From positions 62,001 to 99,714 of the forward strand of contig KZ538835.1 of NCBI GenBank assembly GCA_000934665.2: a DNA stretch of 37,714 bases, read 5' to 3'. Positions within the stretch are counted from its first letter, which is position 1, and every line of letters begins with the position of its first letter. Shown here in pieces: positions 1-11,500 of the stretch. A program made the translations under genes and the position numbers. The stretch comes from Catajapyx aquilonaris (taxonomy: Eukaryota). The notes under the pieces are model-generated. The model worked only from the letters and a program-made list of their open reading frames with translations, searched no databases and was not told the origin of the DNA.

Positions 1-1379
1 GCAATTTTTGAAACACTAGGTAGATGCATGTGTAATTTGACGTATAATGGTGAATCTTTTTAAAACAATGATTTTTTGCTTGCATGTCCTCGACAGGCCA
101 TATTTTAAAATTGAATTCTTTGCGATGCTGTATTTCGACCATATTGGTGTCTTCTTTTATAATTTTTTTTTCAAACAATCTATTTATTGAATGCTGGTCA
201 CAATTGGCAATAATGTGAAGGGTGCCAATGAGTGCTTTGTGCGACTCCTTTTTGGGAACTGATTTTTTTTTTGCATGTGAATGGGGCAATATTGGGTCAA
301 TTTTCTTGAAGATGAGACTCTTTGAGGTGCCTTTTTTGGTGGGAAAAACAAAAGACATTTTGTGGAGGACAAGTTTTGCGAAGTTGTGGGGTGTGTGCGT
401 GTGTGTTCATTTTTCTTTCCTTTTTGAAACTTGATATCAATTTTCGCAGAGTCTGACCGGTGAGTTTTATTCTTTCGTAGATTGCCAGTATTTCTGATAA
501 GCTTGTCTTCCAAATGATTGACATTCATTCAATGTGATTCTGTGTAACAATTATATTTTATTAATGATGAATAATGATTTGCTAAGGCAGGTTACAGGCA
601 ACGCCTCATTTTATGTGGATGTATTTTATGCATGTATATTATAATTCCTTCTACCCCCACCCAACGAAGTGACCTGACTTTGGTGGCGATTCCTAGTGGA
701 TTTAATAAAACGCTCTTGTCATCATGCCAATTGTTTTCTTGTGCCAATAGATTTATGTTTATGAAATCACCAACTTCAGTCCTTTAAAAATACAGCTAAT
801 TCCACTACTTTGGACAAAAAGTAATTGTAATTGCCATAAATGTAATTTGAACTGATTTTTGGGACTTACTGTCAGCCTATATGACAGTGTCGATAACCAC
901 TTTAGTTTTGTGACCATAAATTTGATCTTATTTTATTTTCCGTGCTGGCTGAGGGAATTTTACCCAGCAAGCCTTTTCTCTTAATTAACTTGGGGTTAAG
1001 GTATTTTCATGTCCACTGCCTGTTCATGAAATGACTCTTTCTACCACAACTAGCTAACCAAACTTACGATGCTGACTCCTCCACACATACGTGCATTTTA
1101 ATGATCAGCTCCTGGACCTCCCTCAGAAAATATGTCCTATACAATTTAATGCTAATTTTGAATGGAATTTGTGGGAACCAGTGACCAACAGTGGAGGGGA
1201 ATAATCAATTCTGCGCATCATGTAGCATAATCTTGGCTATCATGGAATATTGCAGGTTTGAAGACTTCAAATCCGTCATATGCCATGGGCTCTTGATGTC
1301 GATATACTCTAGAATTTAAATTCCTACATACAGGGAAAGCTCTTTCGTTGTCCATGGGAGTGTTTGCAATTATTGTTTT

Positions 1380-1560
1380 TTTTAGCAAATATGGATTTCA
1401 GAATATTCATTAAACCTATAAGTATATCCAAACATGGTTGCAAACCATTGCACCTTTTTTTGTGTAGATAGAACCTCAAAAGTTGCATGAAAGTATCCGG
1501 TATGTTTTGCACCAATCTTTCTTCACTGCAAGCAGTCTCTCATCTAACTTTGATGCTGCA
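1380..1560 (-). mobile_element. Decayed hAT (Spin/Buster-like) transposase C-terminal dimerisation-domain fragment
   Basis: Frameshifted pieces W..NIPDTF.QL / ATMFGYTY / MNILKS resemble the hATC consensus (W...P..FP.L...A..L.MFGSTY.CE..FS.MN..KS). Confidence 0.5.
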
Positions 1561-1682
1561 AAAAATGACCTTCCAGCATTTGTTAATCCCTCGGTTCTCA
1601 CAATCAAGGAGGATGAATCACGCACATAAAACCAGTTTAACAAAAAAATATTTAGCTCTTATTTAGTTCCGATTTTGTCCAT

Positions 1683-1806
1683 CGTACTCTTGTGAATGTA
1701 GGCCTATACAGTACTGTACCATTCAATTTGGCACAATTTTTCGTACTCGTGTGAATGTATACAGTACTGTACCATTCAATTTGGCACAGATTTGGCACAA
1801 TTTTTT
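1683..1806. repeat. Imperfect tandem duplication, ~60-bp unit x2 plus a partial ATTTGGCACA repeat
   Basis: cgtactc.tgtgaatgta...tacagtactgtaccattcaatttggcaca occurs twice in succession. Confidence 0.85.
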
Positions 1807-1939
1807 GGCAGAAAATAGCAGCTGCCACCTTTTAATTTATGTTGACTATTTTACTGTTTGTAAAAATTAGAATATTATGTGAGTCATCATTAAAAACCTG
1901 TTTGTATACATTTTGAAATTTTGTAAAAAAGCAAATTCG

Positions 1940-2043
1940 GTCACGTGACAAGTTCAAGAGCGCTGATTGGCCAACTGTACCGTTGGCACCATTGCGTCAG
2001 TGTTTCCACGGTTGGTAACATTGAAGATGTAAAAATGGCCGCG
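1940..2043 (+). promoter_or_regulatory. SNRNP35 proximal promoter: E-box palindrome GTCACGTGAC (1940-1949), reverse CCAAT box GATTGG (1965-1970), YY1/Pho-like AAAATGGCCG (~2032-2041)
   Basis: Motifs read directly in a CpG-rich stretch 75-180 bp upstream of the ATG; factor assignments come from consensus similarity only. Confidence 0.55.
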
Positions 2044-2115
2044 CTCATGATCACATTCGATTGATTGATGCATGATTCTGTTTCTTGTCAAGTTATTCAC
2101 GGCTAAGTAGTTGCG

Positions 2116-2895
2116 ATGGAGAGATTGGAAAGGTCGAGGAGGAGGAGTCCGCCGTGGTCCCCCTACGCTGAAGTGTACGACCCGCTGAAGGCGGGCAGCA
2201 TTGACGGGACAGACGTGAAGCCCCACGACAACGGGATAGTGAGGGCCATGAACGCACACTACGAACCGGATCCGGACCTGAAGAATGACAAAGAGAGGAC
2301 CGTGTTTGTGTCCAGGCTTAATCCTGGAACAGTCGAAGACACTATTGAGTCGGTATGGGCATTTGGACTACAAGTTCGATGTTACAAAAAAAAAAAAATG
2401 TAAGATTTTATCAGAAACGTTACTTTTACATGAATATGTAAATTATATTCTTAGGAATTTTCCAAGTATGGTAAGATCAAGAGTTTGAAGTTGGTGAGAG
2501 ACATTGTGACTGGATTTTCCAAGTCCTACGCTTTTGTTGAGTTTGAGGAACGCAGAGCGGCACACAGAGCTTGCAGGGATGGCAACAAATCTGTCATTGA
2601 TGGGAAGGAAATTTTTGTCGATGCGGAACGTCAGAGAACTCTGAAAGGATGGATCCCGAGACGGTTGGGTGGGTATTTTTTTCTCCTGTTGTGATTTAAT
2701 TCGTTATTAAATGGTATGGTTGTTAAACCTTGCCTTTTTTTAGGTGGTGGATTTGGTGGGAGGAAAGAATCTGGGCAGTTAAGATTTGGAGGAAGAGACA
2801 GACCCTTCAAAAAGCCGATTTCTCTTTTAAAAAGAGGTGACGCTGAGTTGGAACGTTACCAGCACAAGCCTGTGTCGAGGAGTGATTTCAGTTGA
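2116..2895 (+). CDS. SNRNP35: U11/U12 small nuclear ribonucleoprotein 35 kDa protein (RRM), ~200 aa, 3 exons: 2116-2352, 2455-2668, 2744-2895
   Basis: Motifs WSPYAEVYDPLKAGSIDGTD, RRM (TVFVSRL...LVRDIVTGFSKSYAFVEF) and [39 protein letters not shown] are characteristic of U11-35K. GT-AG introns 2353-2454 (phase 0) and 2669-2743 (phase 1) give a continuous frame to TGA at 2893-2895. Confidence 0.95.
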
Positions 2896-3447
2896 ATATT
2901 GTAATGGTGATTATATACTATTAGTCTATTACACTTGTACATACTATTGGTTGTGTCACCCTTATCGTCTTTTCAGTGTTCCAAGTATTTGGGTCACTTC
3001 TTGATAACTGATATTGCCTGACTAGCAGGTTACCCGGCGTTGCCTGGGTATGTTGTGGTAGGCCTATGAGGATGTGTGTGGGTGTGTTTGTTCTCTATAG
3101 AAATCCAGGGGAGTGCCCAAAAGTTCAACGCTTTTTTGGAGGCATCAAGAAACAGAAAGGAGACACTTGATATCTCCGAAAATGCACTTCTGGAACTACT
3201 AACTTTTTGAGTTTCCTTGGAAATGCTTACAAACAAAAACAGTATAATTAACAGTCCCTAGGTCCCTATTCTTGTCTACAAAATCTCATGAATTACTCTG
3301 TATTGAGGGCATTTCCATGGAAATCCAGAAATATTGTTAAATTGGTAATTGGTAATTTGGTAAATGGGTAATATTGTTAAAGAGCGCACATGAGATCGCG
3401 TAATTGGCGGATGCGTTGAATAATTTACGGAGATGGTATGTGCATAA

Positions 3448-3974
3448 AGGTCCGTTCTCAAAGCAGCGGGTTGGAGCAAAGTGTGCGCTTGCAAGCGCCT
3501 TGGAGCGGGTGGTTTGCCCGCTCTGACGTCATTCGAAAGTGGGGAGAGATACACTTGCCCGCTGCTAGGAGCTAGCGGGTGAGATCTGCTCCGGGTTGAT
3601 TTCTACCCACTTTGGCCCACCACCCACTCCATGGGGACCAATCCAGTGGCCACGTGGGCTCCGATTCGAATATGTTTTGGAATATGCCACGTGACGTGGT
3701 CTTTATTTACTTGAAAATAGTTTACAAAATTGCAGGTGTATTTGGTATTAAATGTCACTATTATGTCATATAAGTTCATAGGCAAACGTAATTATTTAAA
3801 ATATTTTAATTAGCCCGCCGCCGAAAATGGTCTACGCGCTTACTCTAGCGCGCACCAGCTACACGCACCAGCTACTTCGTGAAGACCAGAATATTCTCGA
3901 GCGGCCAAACCACCCGCTCCAAGGCGCTTGCAAGCGCACGCTTTGCTCCAACCCGCTGCTTTGAGAACGGGCCT
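3448..3974. mobile_element. PIF/Harbinger (Tourist-like) MITE, 527 bp, ~75-bp TIRs, TAA target-site duplication
   Basis: TAA|aggtccgttctcaaagcagcgggttggagcaaag... and ...ctttgctccaacccgctgctttgagaacgggcct|TAA. Confidence 0.85.
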
Positions 3975-4232
3975 TAAGGGTATTTCCATGGGATTGTTAT
4001 TGATGTTGATATACAATATTGTTGGCCGAGTAGTGAGAATATTAGGGAATGTGCATGTTATGGGTGTTAGGTTCATTTTTGGAAGCTGAAACATGCGGCG
4101 GTAAATTCCTTGAAAAATGTAACCCCCGATATGCTAATTTAAGGCGGTGTAGGCTGGTGCCTTCCTCCGGATTTCTATAAGGTACAAACATCCTTACCAA
4201 AGAGCTTGATCCTTACTTATAGATACAGAGAC

Positions 4233-4344
4233 AGCAGTTATTTTTCGTAGCTTGTTGCGCCCCTAACCATGGATGGGCCCCATTCTATAACTATTGCATG
4301 GGGCACATGGTTAGGGGCACAACAAGCTACAAAAAATAACTGCT
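4233..4344. repeat. Hairpin palindrome (~38-bp arms) continuous with the right TIR of the 2974-4391 element
   Basis: agcagttatttttcgtagcttgttgcgcccctaaccatg versus catggttaggggcacaacaagctacaaaaaataactgct. Confidence 0.8.
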
Positions 4345-4710
4345 ATCGGGTAATATCAGCAAGAAGTGACTCAAATACTTGGAACACCCTGTATACTGTG
4401 ATGTACGTATAAAATGAAGATTAAATGTCACATTTGGTAAGTTTATATAACTTTATTGAACAGTAACATGAAGAATAACATGATTGTCATTCCCGAGTGT
4501 AAATGTATTACAAAATATTTTGATTCTTATATTGTCAAAGCATATCAGAATTTGAAAACGCTTATCACCCATAACATCAAGAAACCCGAAGTGTATTCTA
4601 GGCAAGCCATCATGAGCTAACAAAAATGTTTTGTTCATTTTCTCGCAAAATACCCTTGTCAAAATATAGTCACCTCAAGTGGAATAATACAGTTAGTATA
4701 CAGGAACCAT

Positions 4711-5254
4711 TTATAGTTTAGCACCAGTGAGCTTCATAATTTCATCTTGGAGCAGCTTGAGTTTGAGTGCCAGGGCCATATTTCCCTGCAGCTTCACCTT
4801 TCCTTGGAAAAACGCCTTCTGTGGGTTCAGAGTGCCTGCCATCAGCTCCCACATATCCGCATCCGACATTATCACTGTTGCATCTGGCTTTGCTGCAGGA
4901 GACAGCAGAAAATTAGCACAAGCAAGACACCTTCAATGATAACTTACCATCTCCGTTAAATCGAACTTCGGCCTTTCCATTTTTGAGGTCGACTATCCAG
5001 TGGGCCTCCTTCCCACTTTCAGTCACCTTAAACTTGTAAGTGCCGTTGACCTTCTTGGCCAGCATGGGGCCATCAGTCTCCAGTACTGCTTCCAACATCT
5101 TAAATACTTGTCCGCATTTGAAGTCATCAGCATTAGCTGCTGCCGTTGGGCGGAGGCGCAGGGAAATGTTCCTTTGGCTGAAAGTTTTGAATATAGCTAT
5201 CAACTCAAGCACTTTTCAGATTCACACATGTGTAATAACCGGTACTTACACCAT
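4711..5254 (-). CDS. SCP2: Stand-alone sterol carrier protein 2 (SCP2 domain, ~138 aa, C-terminal PTS1 AKL); coding exons 5254-5250, 5177-4948, 4892-4711
   Basis: ATG GT|gtaagt (5254-5250) splices in phase 2 to ttcag|C CAA AGG, giving MVQRNISLRLRPTAAANADDFKCG...WIVDLKNGK...[45 protein letters not shown]...GAKL*. The ATG-containing exon has acceptor ttgcag (exon starts 5302). AATAAA on the minus strand at ~4452-4457. Confidence 0.88.
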
Positions 5255-6311
5255 CGTGCTTGTTGATATCGGCTTGGATGCAACACTAATGACGAACCTC
5301 ACCTGCAATGAGCAGAACAGTAAGTTATTGGTTTGCTGAAATTAGAATTAGTGTGTGAGGCCACAATACCAACGCAGATCTGCTTTCTGGCCAACTTGGC
5401 ACTAGTTATCTGCCTTATCTTTGCTTTACTCTTTCCTAACCCTGAAGGTGATTATGTCAATGGCCTCTGATAAAAATTTATCAGTGAACACTGGATTAGA
5501 AGCGAGTTTGTGCTTCGAAAAAGTAAACAACATGAAAGCTAAGTAAGGGTTGTCCTTATTATGGAATGTACTGTATCATTCCATTCATTTACATATGAAG
5601 CTAATAAATCTTGCCAAAAAAAAAGAAGTCAACCCATTGTTAACACATTTCCTGAGCCTCGTGATTTATGACCAGGAATAAATTTTTGCGAACTTACGTA
5701 ATCCTTTTGCGAAACTGTTTCGCCTTAAAATCCACCACAATTTAAATAACAAAAAAATACTGTTGAACACGAGCAACTCACTGTGTTGGGCAACTTCCTC
5801 CTGCGGGAACCGACATAGAGAATAACCAGGGGAACGAAGAGACGAGGCAAACCGTGATTCGCGAAATGACCTCTCGAGTATCAAGCGTTGGATCGTATCG
5901 TGCCGGAAACTTGCGGTCACGTAAAAGAAAATCTTCAAACCAGGCGGAAGAAAAAGTAAATGGTGCGATGAGAAATGTTCAAGCTTCAGTTGGGAATATC
6001 TCATAACCATCCATAAATCATTGTCGCAAAAAAAGGGGACTCAGCGATTCATCCCAAACGTTTCTCTACAAAATATGCCAAATGTTTTTGCCAATTTTGG
6101 GAGCGCCATAATTATATACCCATGAATGTGAACAGGGAAGTGCAATGTAGGGAGGGAACATGAACGCCCGAGGGCTTGTTTTGCAATTGGACGGTCATTC
6201 ACCCTTTTCCTGCCAACCAAAATAATGGGGGCTACATAATGCACGTCCAAGCAGCAAACACATTGTCTCAAAAAAGTGCGAGAAAATGTGCGTGTACACA
6301 CACACACTTAC

Positions 6312-6420
6312 CTTTTAATTGCTTCGAAAGGAAGGCTTGAGAACTAGTCAGAGCCAATTCAGGATGAGTCTGCGAAATGTATCCGACCAAGGAAGCGCAT
6401 CACTGGCATTCTGCAACGAG
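6312..6420 (-). promoter_or_regulatory. Probable non-coding first exon / TSS region of the stand-alone SCP2 gene
   Basis: Strong donor AAAAG|gtaagt at 6312/6311 on the minus strand, inside a CpG-rich region (~5700-7000); the downstream acceptor at 5302 needs an upstream exon. The 5' end is a guess. Confidence 0.45.
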
Positions 6421-8515
6421 GTGAAGTAAAAAGTTGTACGTCCGCTTTCCAGTTTTTTTTATATCAACTACATCACTAAGTACATGGTTGTGCACAATCA
6501 CACAAAAAAATGTACGCACCAATCAGTTTTGCCTGCATTACCGTGCATTACTCAATTATTATACTCTAAGTAGCGTTAATAATCTGAAGGTGTCACAAAT
6601 TATTCAAGTGTCTTTCTTTGCAGGTGACCTACATGATATACGCCCCACTTTATAACATCCTGCGACCCAGTTTTTACCTGAAAATCCTTTGACCTCCAAC
6701 AAGTCTGCCCGGCCCGCTGATGCTTATCAATATTTGCGACGAGAAGCACAATAACTTATCCGGCCTGATGTTTATGATGGTCCAGTCCTAGAGCAGCTAG
6801 TGTACTTGCGTTGTACTGCAAATTCAAGGCCATTTCTGTCAAGGTCTCAGGCTGTGTGTCGTCAAGCGGGGATTTGTTGGAGAAGGCGCATCTGAAAGTT
6901 ATTTTTCACGCTCCCGATTTTTCTCACCCTTTTTGTTGGCTTTGCCCGGTGTCGCCCATTGTATTCGCGTGCAAATAATGAGAGCTGGGTTTTGTGCCCT
7001 CGACACCTCCTTTTGTTTTTGCACTGGCGACAATAATGTATTTACCGCACTATAAGTCTACATTCCTTTATGATTGATACGAGCATTCAATGGCCTTAGT
7101 TGCCTGGGCTCCTCCAATATACGCTGAATTGTTAAATGCAATGGTGATGCAACTCCTAAAGCCACTGTCTATTTTTGAAAATATATAAGAATCTGTGAAG
7201 GTCGGTATTTGAAAAATAATAGTTTGCATAATTATTAGCTCTCACTCTTTACAACTCTTGATTTCGACATGCAAGCCTGGAAATTCCTCAAGCCTAAAGG
7301 AACAATAAAAAGGTGACGATCAAATCTTGCATCATGTAAATTGACGTCAGCATGGATGTAACTTTTCCGTTATAAAAATGGTCAATCTGTACTTCCTGTA
7401 TTTGATCTGCGATTACACCCAATAGGAATAGGTAATGTCTTCCTTATTATCTGATTCGGCTTGTTAGTTCATGCCTCATGGAACATCTCACTTGAACTTG
7501 GGATAATATTATCAGATGCTTATAATGAAACGTGCACGCATGTGATAACGAACTTAATTTTATGGTCTTCTGCTTACATCAGAGAGCCATGGTTCTTTAG
7601 TCAATTAAAGATTCCACTGTAAAGGTCAAGATATGGTTGGAAAGGAAGTATAGTTCAAGCTGATATGTAAAGAGAAGGAAGTGAATCACTCAGCTTGATG
7701 TCACACTTAAGAATTAGTAATTTTTTTTTGTATAAGCAGTAGTCAGCAATGAAGTTAGTTTATCAATTCATCAACTTTGATAACCGGTATCAAAAGATCT
7801 AGCCTCTAGCCTTGTTTGATGGTATGCCACATCACAGAGGGATGAAAAACACCCAACATTATGGCATCTGGATGGATAGTAGGTCAGCTCCCTGAATTGA
7901 GAGCCAAGGCCAAACACAATGACAGTTTGTGGCCACTAGTGACTGGTGAAGGGGTAGGAAGTGGTAGTTAACAAAATTAAGACCGCTTTCATTTATATAA
8001 ATTAAGTGTACTTCTGATTATGTTATAGCAAACATGACATGCAAAATACAACGTCTTTGGTGATTTTGTCCACAAACCCTTAACTTGGCTTTACTGTACA
8101 AATACTGCCATAAATAGAAAATACATTACAAACAGAGGAACACAAGTCACCACATTTCATATCAGCTACAGAGAGAAAGCACATGTACCATATGAACTGT
8201 TCCATATCTCTATGCTCAGAAGCAGGCAGAATTACATCTGCCAATGTTTAATTTGCCAGCCATATCTGTTAAAAAGAAACAAGTAGGCACTAAACCCGCG
8301 ATAACATAACTGATATGGATTAAGAATGTCACCATTTACTGCCTGACTAGGCAAATATCAGAAAGCATACAAACATTCCAGCTGTACATTAAAAAAAAAA
8401 TCTATTCCTTAGATCACAGATGCACCACACTGCACTGAACACTTCAACAACATTGCCTGGACAATGACCAGTTTGCAACAAACATTGTACGTAAAGGTCT
8501 AATTCTTGGCACTGC

Positions 8516-11500
8516 TCACTTCATGAAAAATCCAGGATTGTTCTGCATTCTTCTCTGGAAGGTGACAAACCAATTTTGTATGGCAGACAATGGGACAAAC
8601 TGTTCCTTACTGCCTGCTACTTGTATCACTGAAGGGTCAACTGCAAAGCTAGCAGCATAATCAAAAAAGTTCTGCAGCATCTTTTGTTGACATTCTAGTT
8701 GTGTGGGCAAAAGGGAAGCTTCACTGGTGGCCGCAGGAGTCTGCTGCTGGATCTGGTTCAGGGGTTCCACGGATATTCCTATCTGGGCATTGTGAGCTAC
8801 TTGATGCGGACCCATTCCAAACTGCATTTGAGGATTGCAGGGCCATGATATTCCCATGGACATGCCATTGGGCTTCAGTTTTGACAACTTAAACACAGCT
8901 GAGGGCTTGAGGTTGGAGATGTGGCCCAAAAGTTGCCACGATGGAGGACCACTTTCATCTGGCCAGCAGAAATACACTGCCAAAGAGTGAAGCATTATGT
9001 TAACTTTCTGTTTGTTTATTAGTAGGTTGATCCAGAGGACACCCAACATCACAGAAATCAAGTATCCCACACAAATTAGGGTACCAAGATGCTACAGGCC
9101 ATGTATTTTGCTACTGGTATTAACATTTTCCTTTAAAAGGTTCTAGCACTAGCAACACAATATAACATTTTCGCATGCATTTCTCATAAGAATGTGTTAT
9201 AGAACTTATTTTGCAATCACAACCTTCAGTTTCCTAATTGGTACCATCATGCACTTCTTGCTGCAAAAGTACTTCTTGTGAAAGCAAAATATACATCCTA
9301 TAGATTCTCTCTATTCCTTGGAAACTTTTTTGATCTTACATCATGCTTGAACCCTGCCAAGGATTCTGCATAAAAAGGTAATTGCCAGCAGAGATACATC
9401 CCATGAGGTTGTCAGCAAATTACATAGCCACTACATGTGATAGCTAGGAAGTTAACTAAAGTGACAAAGATCATGCATAAGTGTAGCCTGAACAGCATCA
9501 CAGTTGGAAGATTCTTTACAAGGTTTTGTCTGCCCAATTTGACATTATTATTTGACATTATGAAGAGGACGGGGGTGGCAGGGAAAAGTTGATGAGTAGT
9601 CACTCTTGAGATGTATTCAATCTCCAGTCTAGAGTGAGCATAAGTATGGTAACAACAACAACAACCCCTGCGATAGTGAGAAAACCGAAGAGAACATGGG
9701 GAGAATCCACCAAAACTCTTTCCACATGAGAAATCACTCCATCTGGTCAACTCGGGATCTGAGAGGTGGCAATAACCACTACACCACTGTGCTGCCCTCC
9801 AGTGACTTATATCTCCCTGATTAATGATACACCATTAATCCAACTTCCCCATTTCCATTTTCAGACTGTCAACATAAGCAGAGAAACCACCAGTATATTG
9901 CACTCTGTACACATACTTTTAAGAATGATGCTCATTTGTGTAATTTGGGTGATAGTAAATACTGCAAAATAACAGTATTTTGATTGTAGCTTTGGTAATG
10001 AGAACTTATTAATTAGACATCTCACTCTAAAAGACCTGTCACAGATTCAGTGACAGAGGGCTGGTTATATCAACACAAATGAAGGGGGAAATCTGATTTT
10101 GCATTGTAAATCTTAGTGTAACTGGAGGTTTTCCCTGTTTAACTTTAATACAAGCAGCCCTCAGATAATAATTACGTTGCAAATTTGTCAACACATATTT
10201 TTAAAGTGCTGAGGAATGTTCATATTGTCGCTTCAAGCTAACATTCTGGGACACTACAGAAAATATGGTTAACATCAGATGGTATCGTAACATTAAAGGG
10301 TACAATTTTCACTATTCTGACAAAGGTGTGAGCTATTTCAGGTTTGAAGAGACCTATAACTTCGGTATGGAAAAGTTGATTTTGAAGTAAAGGAAGATTG
10401 CGGTGGGTTGTAACACTATTTAGTCTGGATTTTTAAATTAAGTTACATATGCATTTAGGCAAAGGTGTTTGACTTGGTGGAAATAAGGCACCATTCCTCT
10501 TTGTAAAATTATCGTAATAAAATCTTAAGCTATGAAATATTGATAGATTTATAAATATTTTTCCAAGGCAAGGCAGTGTGTTACAACTGACCCCATCATA
10601 GGGGCAGTTGTAACAGAGGGTCGATTGTAACACTATGTGTTAAGGGGGAAATGTCTTGGAAAATGTAATATGGAAGAGCAATTTACATCCACTCATCTTC
10701 TCGACAATTGTCTTACACCCAACTTGATCCACCTAAATTACTCTTTATGTCTTGATACACTAGAATTTATTCAGCATATAAGTCGATATAAGTATGACAA
10801 GATTTTTTTTTTTTATCCATATAAATTTTCGACAGACTGGTTATAAGAGGCTTTATTGCACAAAATAATAACTATTTCTACTCTCAGTATCCAGAGAGAC
10901 TTGACCTTTCTTTCATTATTTTACCATGTTACAATCGACCCCATGAAAGTTGTTCCCACCGTCCCCATTGCGTGTTGTCTTGTAGATATGCTTCCTACTT
11001 TTTAACTGTGCGCATGATTTGGTAAGCCATACCGTCATTGTGACCCCACTAAAGGAACCTTTCTCATGATACCAAGGGCAATTCAATGTCACCTCTGCCC
11101 TTCACATAATCACTTGATTACTGTCACTTACAAAAGTTGGGAACACACCTTGATTTTGGTTTTTTGCATACAGAAGAACAAAAAATCAAAAAGGAGAAGC
11201 CTAAGTTTTGCCTGGCTTAGAGGCCATAGTGACACACGTGCTTTGTGAGTTTCAGCTTCAGGGCTTTCCAAATGTATTTATTATTGGCGATGGTACAACC
11301 GTACCCTGTTACAACCTACCCTGATCTCCCTTATAATTTTTACAAAACAAATTAATTTTTTATTTGAAAACCACAAAAAAAACCATTCTTATTTTTTAAA
11401 TATAACAAGTACATGGTTAGCTAATTCTACAAAAAAAAATCCATGTACGTGTTAGTTGTGACTTGCAAGCTATGGCTTGTCGAACTGACCAAGGTATGTA

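Larger units (their letters stand above)
2974..4391. mobile_element. Non-autonomous Tc1/mariner-type element (~50-bp imperfect TIRs) hosting nested insertions
   Basis: Left cagtgttccaagtatttgggtcacttcttg...tgatattgcctga matches the reverse complement of right tcgggtaatatcagcaagaagtgactcaaatacttggaacaccctg, followed by TA. The left end is eroded. Confidence 0.65.

Noticed and set aside
184..1300. Short ORFs at the window start
   Set aside because: AT-rich, with no recognisable motif or consistent exon structure; possibly decayed repeat sequence that I cannot assign.
6420..7000. Possible plus-strand transcript diverging from the SCP2 promoter (acceptor-like tctttctttgcag at ~6623)
   Set aside because: A single splice-like signal, with no ORF and no convincing donor.
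10400..11330. Spaced short repeats superficially like a CRISPR array
   Set aside because: Eukaryotic intron, irregular spacing, mixed orientation and no cas genes; explained as transposon subterminal repeats.
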